This document shows, one piece after another, positions 10,159-19,246 of a DNA stretch of 64,000 bases (positions are counted from its first letter, which is position 1; each line of letters starts with the position of its first letter). Position numbers and translations under genes: made by a program. The stretch covers positions 1,839 to 65,838 of the forward strand of contig CAWHOC010000005.1 in NCBI GenBank assembly GCA_963830935.1, written 5' to 3'. Source of the stretch: an uncultured bacterium. GTDB lineage: Bacteria; Patescibacteriota; Minisyncoccia; UBA6257; 2-01-FULL-56-20. Under the pieces are notes generated by a model. The model worked only from the letters and a program-made list of their open reading frames with translations, was not told the origin of the DNA and did not search any database.

Positions 10159-10775
10159 GGGTACCAGTTATAAAAATGATCCTCCAGCGTGATGCTGTCC
10201 GGGATTCCCTCGTTCGTCCATCCGACGACCGACTGGACATCGAATTCGTACGATTGGGGCGGAATCTCGGGCGGGGTCGAGGGGACCGCGGTAATGTACA
10301 CGTCCCGCGTAAAGTTCGTCGCGATGCCTGTGACGTTATAGGAATAGAGATGGGTGACAGGATCCATATAAAGATGATCCGTGGCCACTGCCCCACCAAC
10401 CTTCGGTGGCACGTAACAACTCGTTGATGGATCGGTGGGCGGGGCAACGGTATAGTCGAGGGCATAATCGCCCTGTTGCCCCGGGCTCAATCCAAAACTG
10501 CATCCCCAATCGATGTTCTCCGGATTGCCCGGTATGTCCGTTGAAAATCCGTAATAGGCGTCGTAGTCGATGAGGTTCTTCGCAAGCTCGATCCCTTCCG
10601 AAGCGAGATAGGTCGCTTGCGTATCATTCGTCGTCGTCCGGTTCAGCTCAAAGGACTTGTTGAGCAGTGTCACGATGCCGATGAACCCGACCGTGAGAAC
10701 GCTGAGCGCGATGAGCGCCTCAACAAGCGTTTGCCCGCGGCGGGAATGGATGATGGTGTCCGTGTTCATATTCAT
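10155..10775 (-). CDS. prepilin-type minor pilin (PilV-like)
   Basis: N-terminal RRG/QTLVEALIALSVLTVGF motif. Confidence 0.7.
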   Translation of the reverse strand: MNMNTDTIIHSRRGQTLVEALIALSVLTVGFIGIVTLLNKSFELNRTTTNDTQATYLASEGIELAKNLIDYDAYYGFSTDIPGNPENIDWGCSFGLSPGQQGDYALDYTVAPPTDPSTSCYVPPKVGGAVATDHLYMDPVTHLYSYNVTGIATNFTRDVYITAVPSTPPEIPPQSYEFDVQSVVGWTNEGIPDSITLEDHFYNWYP

Positions 10776-10838
10776 GGGTATGGTCTATAAACTTACCTGA
10801 CCCGCAGGGTTGACGGTGATAGTGCGCGTGAGGTTCCG

Positions 10839-11416
10839 TCAGTGGTGCGGAGATACACGTTCGCCTCCTGCGGCGGATTCGTTCCCGCCCGGATCGCAAA
10901 TGCTTTGGAAGTCCGTCCCGTCAGTGCTCACGAGCGTGCACGGGTCGGGAGGATAGAACATGATGTATTGGATAGTAGCGCTCGCAACCGGGTCAGTAGA
11001 GCTCACGAGCACAACACCTTGTTGGGTCGCCACCTGCCAGCTTCCGGACTGATATTTTTGTATCGAGTTCGGGTCGATCGCTTGTGACGTGCTCGCGATG
11101 GAAGGGCAGATCGGCTTCGTCCCGAGGGCACGGTGCTCGTCGCGGAATCGTATGCAAACAGCGAGTACGAGGAGGTTGTGAAATCGAAACTGACCCCGTA
11201 TGCGCACGTGGTATCGTTCTGGCTGTACGTCGCGATGGAAAGCTCCCTCGCCTCAAGAATAAGCTGAGCTATCTTTGATTCCTCTATGGAAAGCGCTATC
11301 TGGTTCTGCCCCACATGGCTGTAGACGATGGCGAGCGTGGAGAGCACCGCCGTGATGGCGGCCACGATGAGTATCTCTATCAGCGTAAATCCTTTTTTAT
11401 TTGCTTTATCCGCCAT
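10839..11416 (-). CDS. prepilin-type minor pilin (FimT/GspH-like); frame broken near 11130
   Basis: N-terminus MADKANKKG/FTLIEILIVAAITAV. ORF 11003..11416 loses sense after about residue 95. The plausible C-terminus is in ORF 10839..11207. Confidence 0.65.
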
Positions 11417-11467
11417 AGGAGTATTCTATCATTTCCCCGGCACTTCCGCGGCACTTCCGCGGCGCGT

Positions 11468-12277
11468 TCACCGAATGCCGAGGATGGAAAAATACCAGCC
11501 GAGGATCGGTACACCCCAGAAGAACATCGCCGCGGCGCCGAGCGCGAGGAACGGCCCGAACGGCAAGGAGCTTCTCATACTGCTCTTGCCGCGCGCGATC
11601 GCGAAGACGCCGACCACGGCACCGATGATGAACGAGAATGCCAGCACAAAAATGATGTCGGGCCAGCCAAAGAGGAGCCCGAGCGGGATCGCAAGCTTAA
11701 GATCGCCCATGCCCATGCCTTTGCCGCGCGTGACAGCGATGAGGAGCGCGAAGAAAATGCCGGCGACCGCGCCGCCGATCAACGTGCTAAGCACCACACT
11801 TCCCTGCCAGCCGGGAACGATCGCGAGGAGGACACCGGCCACGGCGAGAAAGATATTGATCTCGTCCGGGATAATGCCCATCCTGATGTCTATCACGGAC
11901 ATCACGAGCAATGCCTCAAAGATGGCGACCCAGAGGGTTGCTTCGAGCGCAGGCGAAGTAGCCGTTGATGCTCCGGCAAACACTGCGAGCGGCACGAACA
12001 CAAAAATAAGACCGGATAATAGCTCCACGATCGGATACTGGATGTTCAGCCGCGCCTTGCACTCGCGGCACCGACCGCCTTGGATAAGAAAGCTCGCGAT
12101 CGGTATAAGCTCGAACCATTGCAGCGTCCTTTTGCAATGCATGCAATGCGACCGGCCGCCGATCGCCTTTGCGTCGAACAAAAAATGTTCGCCGTCATAG
12201 CGCAGCGTGACCACATTCAGAAAACTTCCGATCGCGACGCCAAAGACGAACAAAATAGCCAAGGCCAGCGGATCCAT
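11468..12277 (-). CDS. pilD: prepilin peptidase (A24 family)
   Basis: CMHC...CRECK zinc motif, GMGMGDLKL active-site region, polytopic membrane protein. Confidence 0.9.
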   Translation of the reverse strand: MDPLALAILFVFGVAIGSFLNVVTLRYDGEHFLFDAKAIGGRSHCMHCKRTLQWFELIPIASFLIQGGRCRECKARLNIQYPIVELLSGLIFVFVPLAVFAGASTATSPALEATLWVAIFEALLVMSVIDIRMGIIPDEINIFLAVAGVLLAIVPGWQGSVVLSTLIGGAVAGIFFALLIAVTRGKGMGMGDLKLAIPLGLLFGWPDIIFVLAFSFIIGAVVGVFAIARGKSSMRSSLPFGPFLALGAAAMFFWGVPILGWYFSILGIR

Positions 12278-12292
12278 ATACGTACTGATAAC

Positions 12293-12318
12293 AAAAAACC
12301 CGCCGAAGCGGGTTTTTT
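12293..12318 (-). terminator. bidirectional rho-independent terminator after the major pilin gene
   Basis: AAAAAACCCGC-cgaa-GCGGGTTTTTT. Confidence 0.8.
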
Positions 12319-12375
12319 GAAACTGTGTTCGCTCTCGTTAGAGCGAAACGCAGATCGTCGACGATGCGGCGCACG

Positions 12376-12855
12376 CTAATTTTCCGGGTTATCATCTTGC
12401 CCAGATCCAAAATCGGAAGGGGCGGTGTAAGTGCTAAAAACCGAATTGTTGGGATTTTCAAGCACTGTCTGTAACACGTAGGACGTCCCTGCGGCGTTTA
12501 TGGCGTAGGAATACTGATGGGGAGTAACATTCGATGGATCCACCGGAATGGAAGAGATACCGATACCCGCATTGATCGTCGATGTAGCCATATTACTATA
12601 TGCAGTTACATCGTCACCGCCGAGAGTGACCGCCCCACAGGTGGTACCGGCGGCACCGCCAGGATACACTCCGCACTTGTTGTAGTACAGCTCAAGCCCG
12701 TTCTGTACCTCACTGAGGTCGGAAAGCCTCCGCGCATCGCGTCCTGCCTGCTGGGTCGGGCCGAGGCCCACCAGCACGACCGACGCCAAAATGGCGATGA
12801 TCGCGACGACGATCAAGATTTCGATGAGGGTGAAGCCCTTTCTTGTGTTTTTCAT
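12376..12855 (-). CDS. pilA: type IV major pilin
   Basis: MKNTRKG/FTLIEILIVVAIIAILASVVLVGL prepilin signal. Likely start at 12855 (the ORF is open to 12900). Followed by a terminator. Confidence 0.8.
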   Translation of the reverse strand: MKNTRKGFTLIEILIVVAIIAILASVVLVGLGPTQQAGRDARRLSDLSEVQNGLELYYNKCGVYPGGAAGTTCGAVTLGGDDVTAYSNMATSTINAGIGISSIPVDPSNVTPHQYSYAINAAGTSYVLQTVLENPNNSVFSTYTAPSDFGSGQDDNPEN

Positions 12856-12917
12856 TTCTTCTTTAAATAGAAATCTTTCTCGACCTTTTGAATATTTCAA
12901 CCCTTTTATTATAGCAT

Positions 12918-14129
12918 TTAGTGGATATTCTCCGTGAGGCTGTAAATGGGGATAAGAATTGAGGCAAAAAGCAGGCCTACCATAAGGCCGATGCCGATCA
13001 TGAGCACCGGTTGGATGAGGTCCACCAGGTTATTGGTGACCTCGTCCGCCTCGCGGGTATAGATGTTGGAAAGGCGGGTGAACATTTCCTCTATCTTACC
13101 GGTCGTCTCCCCCACCGCCACCATCTGCGACACGAGCGGCGCGAAGAACTCCGGCCGCTTGGCGATGCTCGCCGAAAGGAGCGATCCCTGCCGCACGTCC
13201 TCGGCGATGTCGTGCACCACGTCGCGGTACAAACTGTTCCCCACCATGTGCCCGATGATCTCGAGCGCCTGTGCGATCGGAATGCCGCCGTGCACGAGGA
13301 GCGCCGCCGAGTTGCCGAAGCGCGCCATGATGACGGGTAGATATACTTTCTTGACGATCGGAAGACGGATCTTCGCCTCATCGAGCAGGGCCTCCCCTTC
13401 GTCCGTCTGCGCATAGTTGATAACGACCGCGCCGAGCACGATGACGGCGATGATCACTGCGATCCACCACGCGTGGAGGAAATTCCCCGTGTCCAAAAGC
13501 ACCTGTGTGTACCACGGAAGGGAAACCCCGTTCTCCGCGAACACGGCGCCGAGCGACGGATAGACAAATGTGATAAGGATAAACGCGACAACAATGAAAA
13601 GGCCGACGACGATGCCCGGATAGACGAGCGCCGACGCGGCCTTGCTCGCAAGGTCGCCTTCTTTTTCCGTATAGTCGGCGAGGAACGACGCGACCTCGTT
13701 CAAGTTTCCGGTGACCTCCGCCGCACGCACCATCTCTATGTAATAATCCGGGAATATCTTGCCCTGGCGCGCCATCGCCTGCGAAAAGGTGATGCCCGCG
13801 TCGATGTCCTCCGTCACCTGCGAGATCCCGAGCTTCAAGTTCGCGTTCGTCGTCTGCTCATACAGGATCTTGAGCGCGTTGTTCAACGGAAGCCGCGCCT
13901 CGAGCAGTGTCGCGAGCTGGCGCGTGAACACGACAAGGTCTTTGCGCCCCACGCGGTTGAAGAACCCGGCGATGTTATCGAACGCGCTCGGCGGCCGGTC
14001 GGCAACAACGCTCAGCACGAAAAGGTCGTGGCTCGAAAGGATCGCGCTCGCGGCGTCGCGATCCGAGGCCTCCACGAATCCCACTTGCGTCGCCCCTTCT
14101 TTTGTCTTGGCCTGATATTTGAATTTCAT
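12918..14129 (-). CDS. pilC: type IV pilus platform protein (GspF family)
   Basis: 403 aa with two GspF-type repeats, three TM segments and typical PilC spacing. Confidence 0.9.
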   Translation of the reverse strand: MKFKYQAKTKEGATQVGFVEASDRDAASAILSSHDLFVLSVVADRPPSAFDNIAGFFNRVGRKDLVVFTRQLATLLEARLPLNNALKILYEQTTNANLKLGISQVTEDIDAGITFSQAMARQGKIFPDYYIEMVRAAEVTGNLNEVASFLADYTEKEGDLASKAASALVYPGIVVGLFIVVAFILITFVYPSLGAVFAENGVSLPWYTQVLLDTGNFLHAWWIAVIIAVIVLGAVVINYAQTDEGEALLDEAKIRLPIVKKVYLPVIMARFGNSAALLVHGGIPIAQALEIIGHMVGNSLYRDVVHDIAEDVRQGSLLSASIAKRPEFFAPLVSQMVAVGETTGKIEEMFTRLSNIYTREADEVTNNLVDLIQPVLMIGIGLMVGLLFASILIPIYSLTENIH

Positions 14130-14132
14130 GCG

Positions 14133-15206
14133 CTATGTGCGCTCCAGCAATATGCGGAGCTCCGATGGGTTCAGCGAATACAGTTCCGCGTTCTCCTGCG
14201 TGATCTCCTTGTTCTTGATGAGGTTCACGAGCGAGCGGTTGAGCGTCACCATGCCTTCCTGCAAACTCGTTTCGATGACGAGGTCGATCTGATACGTTTT
14301 GCGTTCGCGGATCAGGTTGCGGATGGCGGGATTCACGATCATGATCTCCATCGCGGGAATGCGACCGCCCGAGACGCGCGGGAGCAACCGGATCGAGACG
14401 ATTGCGACGAGCGTGGCGGCGAGCTGTGACGTCACCTGCCCCTGCTGGTCAGCCGGGAACGAGTCGATGATGCGGTCGATCGTCTGCGACGCGGAATTGG
14501 TGTGCAGCGTGGAGACCACAAGGTGGCCCGTCTCGGAAGCGGTCATGGCGGTGCCGATCGAAACACCGTCGCGCATCTCGCCGATCATCACGACGTCCGG
14601 GTCCTGGCGAAGCACCGTGCGGAGCGCAGAATGGAAACTCGTGGCGTCGCTGCCCACTTCACGCTGGGAGACGATGCACTTGTCCTGCGTGAAAAGATAT
14701 TCCACCGGGTCTTCGATCGTAATGATGTGGTCGGTGCGCGTGTGATTGATCTCATCCACGATCGCCGCGAGCGTGGATGACTTGCCGTGCCCGGCGGGAC
14801 CGACGACGAGCACGAACCCTTGCGAGAGCTGGGCGAAATCGTGCAGGAGCGGCGGAAGATTCAGCTCCTCGATCGTCTTGATGCGCGTAGGGATGAGGCG
14901 CATCGCCGCCGCGAGGTAGCCGCGCTGAAAATAGACGTTCACGCGGAAGCGCGCTTTCTCCTCCAAGCTGTACGCGAAGTCCACCTGCCGCTGAGTGATG
15001 AGCTTCGCTTTCTGCTCCGGCGTCAGCAATTCCGAGATGATCCCCTCCGCCGATTCCGGCGTCATGATCGGTTCCTTCTGGAGCGGCACGAGCACGCCGT
15101 CGATGCGCAGCGTCGGCCGCCGGCCCACCGCGAGGTGAAGGTCCGACGCATTCTGCTTCGCCGTCGTCGTCAAAAGATCGTTGAGCTGCTGCTTAAAGTC
15201 GTCCAT
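14133..15206 (-). CDS. pilT: type IV pilus retraction ATPase
   Basis: Walker A GPAGHGKSST, IGEMRD, GHLVVSTLHTNSA. 357 aa and intact. Confidence 0.9.
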   Translation of the reverse strand: MDDFKQQLNDLLTTTAKQNASDLHLAVGRRPTLRIDGVLVPLQKEPIMTPESAEGIISELLTPEQKAKLITQRQVDFAYSLEEKARFRVNVYFQRGYLAAAMRLIPTRIKTIEELNLPPLLHDFAQLSQGFVLVVGPAGHGKSSTLAAIVDEINHTRTDHIITIEDPVEYLFTQDKCIVSQREVGSDATSFHSALRTVLRQDPDVVMIGEMRDGVSIGTAMTASETGHLVVSTLHTNSASQTIDRIIDSFPADQQGQVTSQLAATLVAIVSIRLLPRVSGGRIPAMEIMIVNPAIRNLIRERKTYQIDLVIETSLQEGMVTLNRSLVNLIKNKEITQENAELYSLNPSELRILLERT

Positions 15207-15298
15207 ATGGTTATATTACCACACTGCGTTTCTATCCCCAAAATAAGCAAGACCGACATTTTAAATCTTTTTAATCTGCCATTTCACATAATGGCGGG

Positions 15299-15676
15299 AT
15301 GGAGCAACAGAAAGCCAAGGATATTTATTTTAGTATTGGGCACGCATGGTGTCCCGCCCTTGGCGATTACGTTGCGTTTAGCAGCAAGGGATTCCGCCAT
15401 CTCATAAGAAAACGCGGATTATCACGCTCCCAAAACGAACAATTGAGGCGTCTTTCTCTCATTGCTTACGCCAAACAGATCGTCGAAAATTCTAAGCTAG
15501 TAGCGTCTCATCGTGTCGAGAACAGCAATCGCATCGTTTATTCCCACGATAACAAGAGAAGAGAAACCGCGCGGATCGATTTTTGGTCGCTTAAGGCAAA
15601 TAAAAACGGAAGGGTTATAACTGTAGTAATACGACAATCATCGGGAGGCACAAAACACTTTCTCAGCATATTTTGA
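15299..15676 (+). CDS. hypothetical protein inserted antisense between pilT and pilB
   Basis: 125 aa ORF, visibly AT-richer than its neighbours. CATAAT lies 6 nt before the ATG and a terminator follows. The KGFRHLIRKRG segment is only weakly reminiscent of small nuclease families. Confidence 0.5.
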   Translation: MEQQKAKDIYFSIGHAWCPALGDYVAFSSKGFRHLIRKRGLSRSQNEQLRRLSLIAYAKQIVENSKLVASHRVENSNRIVYSHDNKRRETARIDFWSLKANKNGRVITVVIRQSSGGTKHFLSIF

Positions 15677-15689
15677 TAAACGATAAAAA

Positions 15690-15720
15690 ATCGCCCCATA
15701 GTAATGGGACGATCTTTTTT
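15690..15720 (+). terminator. rho-independent terminator
   Basis: ATCGCCCCA-tagtaa-TGGGACGAT (8 of 9 bp) followed by CTTTTTT. Confidence 0.7.
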
Positions 15721-15850
15721 ATGCCCGCTATCAGCCGTAAGCCGATCAGGAACAGGGGCTGCCGACGTTCCCTACGGGCATGCCTTCATCATACGAAGGC
15801 AAAAAATAAAGTCAAACAAAAGTTAATAAATTTTTAATCTTTTATTCCTT

Positions 15851-17566
15851 CTATGCCTCTTCCGTTTCTCTAATGATCTCCTCTATAGAAACCACTCCCT
15901 TCAGCGCTTTCACGATACCGTCCTGGCGAAGCGTGATCATCCCCTGCTTTTTGGCCAGTTCCGTGATCTTCTGCGTGGTAACGCCGGTGGTCATCACTTC
16001 CTCGAGCTCCTTGGTGATCGAGCAGCGCTTCATAAATGCCGGTTCGTCCGAGATGCCGCGGCCCTTGCAGGTGGCGCATCCTTTCGCATGATAGATCTGG
16101 TACGGCGGCGGAATTGCGACGATCACCGCGGTCGGCAGGCCTTCGAGCGCCGTCTTGATGGTCTTCTGCACTTCGGGAACGGCTTCTTCGGGCTTTTTGC
16201 AGTCCGGGCAAGAATGCCCACAAGGCGCTGGGCGATGATCAGATTGAGTGACACGGCAAAAGAAACGGCTCCACTTTGAGGTCGATGAGGCGCGGGATGA
16301 CGCCGGCGCGTTGTTCGTGTGCAATGTGGAAAGCACGACGTGCCCCGTGAGCGCCGCCTGCACGGCAAGCCCGGCGGTCTCGTCGTCGCGGATCTCGCCG
16401 ACCATGATGATGTCCGGGTCCTGCCGCAAGATCTGCCGCAATCCCGACGCGAAGTCGTATCCGATCTCCGGCCGCACCTGCGACTGGTTGATGCCCGCCA
16501 CAAAATATTCCACCGGATCTTCGAGCGAAACGATGTTCACGTCTTCGGTGTTAAGGTTTGCAAAAATGCGTAGAGCGTCGTCGTCTTTCCGGAACCGGTC
16601 GGGCCGGTGATGAGCACCATGCCGAACGGCTTGTCAAGTCCTTCCTTGATGGTCTCGCGGGTTGGGATCAAGCGGTCAAGATTCTCAAAACTCTTGAGTC
16701 CGGTCGTGGGATCGAGCACGCGGATCACGATCTTTTCGCCGAGCGGCGTCGGGAACGTGGCGACGCGGAAGTCGATGTCGCGGTCGAACAGCTTCGCGCG
16801 GAAACGGCCGTCCTGCGGCACGCGTGTTCTCGTCGATCTTCAGATTGGAAATGACCTTGATGCGGGACGTGATCGGCTGGGCAAGCTCCTCCGGCATCGA
16901 CGCGACCTCGTGGAGATCGCCGTCGAGGCGCAAACGGATGCGCAACGATTTCTGCTGCGGCTCGATATGCACGTCCGACGCTTTGTTCAGCACCGCTTCC
17001 TTGAACGTGTCGGCGACGATCTTGATGATCGGCGCGTCCGCGCTGTCGCCGCCCTCAAGCTCGATCACCTGCTGGCCGCCCGATCCCTCTTTGACATTCA
17101 GCGATCGCACCGCCGACTCGATCTCCGCGCGATACGGGGAATATTTTTTGAGCGCCGCCTGCAGGTCGTCGTACGAAATGAGATAGACGCCAAGATTGAT
17201 ATGATTCTGCCGCGCGATGAACTTCATCGCGTCCTGCGCCTTCGAGTCGTCGGGGTGCAGCATGCCGATGACGAGCAGCCCGTCCTGCATGCTGATCGGG
17301 ACTGGTATGATAGGTGCGCGCGGTCTCTTCGGGCACGATGCCCATCAGCTTCGCGTCGAGGGCGTCGGGTCTATTTTTTTATACGGAACTTTGAGCAGCT
17401 CGCTCTTGAGCGCCGCCATCTGTTCGTCGGGAACGATCCGCTCGCGCCCGATGATGTCCTCCGGTGATTCGCCGCTCACGATCGCATCACGCTTGAGTCG
17501 CGTCGCGACGATCTCCGTGATCAATCCCCGGCTCTGCAGTTGTTGGAGAAGCTCGTCGTTCGTCAT
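15851..17566 (-). pseudogene. pilB: type IV pilus assembly ATPase PilB (GspE family), broken by about 7 frame shifts
   Basis: Fragments 17345..17566 (N-terminus), 16685..17290, 16537..16821 (Walker [11 protein letters not shown]) and 15851..16540 ([18 protein letters not shown]...CATCKGRG). Within 16200-16330 the sense sequence runs through all three frames: LHTNNA / [16 protein letters not shown] / [16 protein letters not shown] / CPDCKK. Confidence 0.85.
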
Positions 17567-17572
17567 ATCTAT

Positions 17573-17581
17573 ATTCTACCA
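17573..17581 (-). promoter_or_regulatory. extended -10 (TGgTAGAAT) 6 nt upstream of the pilB ATG
   Basis: The minus strand reads GTGGTAGAATATAGATATG. No Shine-Dalgarno between the box and the ATG. Confidence 0.45.
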
Positions 17582-17613
17582 CGCCGAATGAAAATATTCC
17601 AAAAGATACATAC

Positions 17614-17717
17614 ACAAGAAATACACGCACAGAAGGATTCCGGAGGCGCGAAGGCGCCGAGGCTTAGCGCGTTTTCAGCAGAAAACGACGCGGCCCTTCT
17701 GTGCGTGTATTTCTTGT
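17614..17717. other. long hairpin H1: 23-bp perfect arms around a 58-nt GC-rich two-hairpin module (same module as in H6)
   Basis: Arms ACAAGAAATACACGCACAGAAGG and CCTTCTGTGCGTGTATTTCTTGT. The interior holds GGAGGCGCGAAGGCGCCGAG and GCGCGTTTTCAGCAGAAAACGACGC. Confidence 0.7.
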
Positions 17718-17723
17718 ATTTGG

Positions 17724-18022
17724 TTAGGGGGCGATGAAGGGATTTGGACGTCCCACCGGTGCGGGGCCCGGGGGTCGGCAGCGGCAACGGTGGAGGTAAG
17801 CGTCAGGAATGCGGTGCTCTGCGTCACGGTGTCCGGCTGGACCGCGTTTTGGGCGATCGGAGCGATCATCCCCAGGTTGCCGCTCGCGGGAATAACAACG
17901 AGCTGTGGCTGGGCAAAGAATATATAGTAGACGGCGGCGGCGGCGATGGCCAAAAATACCACCCATCCTATGATGCCAAGCAGGTTCGTCTTTTTTTCTC
18001 CTTCGTCAACAATGATCGCCAT
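17724..18022 (-). CDS. small membrane-anchored pilus-operon protein with a C-terminal GRPNPF tail; frame broken near 17775
   Basis: N-terminal TM LLGIIGWVVFLAIAAAAVYYIFF in ORF 17675..18022. The plausible end PPGPAPVGRPNPFIAP is in ORF 17724..17966. The shift falls in a CCCCCGGGCCCC run. Confidence 0.45.
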
Positions 18023-18034
18023 GGTATTTTTTGT

Positions 18035-18641
18035 TTATGGGGCTTGATAATAGGTTACGACCGTCATGGTGTAATTAAACATGTCCGGGTTCGCCGCCTG
18101 GGTCTTTGTGGCCTGGATCGCATCGGACGAAAGCGATATCGAGTTCGCATCGAATATCCGGATGTTCGTCGCGAGCCCCATGAGAAAATTCTTGATGGAT
18201 TCGTAACTGCCCGATCCGGAGATCTGGAAGGAGACCGTTCCCGTGGGCTTGATGATCGATCCGGCGCCGCCGACGGAGGGAAGGCGCGACCGCCTGCACC
18301 GCCTGCGTTGAGATCCCCGTCGCCGTGACGGTGACGCCGGTATTCGCCGCGATGCCGTACACCTGCGCCAGGGCGCCGGATACATCCGGCCCGACCGGAA
18401 GCGCAAAGGCGACCGTTTGGCTTGAAGAAGCATCGCTCTCGTACGTGGTATACAAACTGTTCACGTCGTTCGCAAGCACTGACTGGTTCGCATACGCCGC
18501 GGCTTCGCTCTCCGTCTGTCCCTTAAGATCTTCGATGCTCGCGTACGCCGGGACGATGAACTCGAAGTAGACCACCAATGCCGCGGCGATGATCAGTGCC
18601 GCGATGATGATGCTGGAGAGACGTTTTGATTCCTGTTTCAT
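18035..18641 (-). CDS. pilO: PilO-like pilus assembly protein; frame broken near 18290
   Basis: N-terminal TM plus coiled coil (ORF 18075..18641). C-terminal domain GTVSFQISGSGSYESIKNFLMGLATNIRIFD in ORF 18035..18433. Confidence 0.6.
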
Positions 18642-18642
18642 A

Positions 18643-19210
18643 TTATTGGGTTGATGGCGACGCTAAAAATACCGACGGCTGCATGACGAGGACCGCGTTG
18701 AACGTCCATCCGCCGCCGGCGAGCCCCGGCGCGGCGACATTCGAAATGGTCAGCGATGAGACCTCGGGAGCGTTCTCAAAAATGGCGACTTGTTGGTTCA
18801 CATCGGCCTCAGTGGCGGCAATACCCCCGAGATTGACCTGATGTCCCGACGCAAGGGAAAACGATTGAAAATAGACGTTCGCCTCGGTGTTCTTCTCGAG
18901 CCATGAGAAGAATTTCGGCATGCTCACGTGGTTTTGCAAAAGTGACTGGAGATTCACGATCTGCGAATAATAATCGATCAGCGCGGCTTGTTTGCTCGCG
19001 GGGATGGACTGGTCCAACACGTTCATTTTATTTTGCTCGGTCGTAAGCTGTGACTTCAAATACGGCTCATAGCCGAACGAAAGCCCAACATAGATGATGA
19101 TCGCGAGAAAAAGAAGGCCGCCGGCGAAACATCAACGCGCCAGGCGCCCATCCCTGCGTGCCGGTGGGCTCCCGCCCCAATTGCTCTATCACTTTTTCTG
19201 GAAGAGGCAT
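18643..19210 (-). CDS. pilN: PilN-like pilus assembly protein; frame broken near 19135
   Basis: MPLPEKVIEQL... followed by TM FAGGLLFLAIIIYVGLSFGY in another frame, joining ORF 18643..19059. Position between pilM and pilO. Confidence 0.55.
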
Positions 19211-19246
19211 TGACCTAGTTACTGGTAATTGATTACTGGCGGTGGG

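Noticed and set aside
13473-14429. Long antisense ORFs in the track, for example 13473..14429 (+) opposite pilC/pilT, 57107..58048 (-) opposite recA, 41904..42917 (+), 25238..26521 (+), 45989..46702 (+) and 11328..12200 (+).
   Set aside because: They lie opposite genes with unmistakable family motifs. They are Arg/Ala/Pro-rich, as expected from GC-rich shadow frames, and have no motifs of their own.
15851-17566. Programmed ribosomal frameshifting as an explanation for the broken genes.
   Set aside because: There are far too many sites, in both directions, with no shared slippery heptamer. Several occur within tens of nucleotides of each other.
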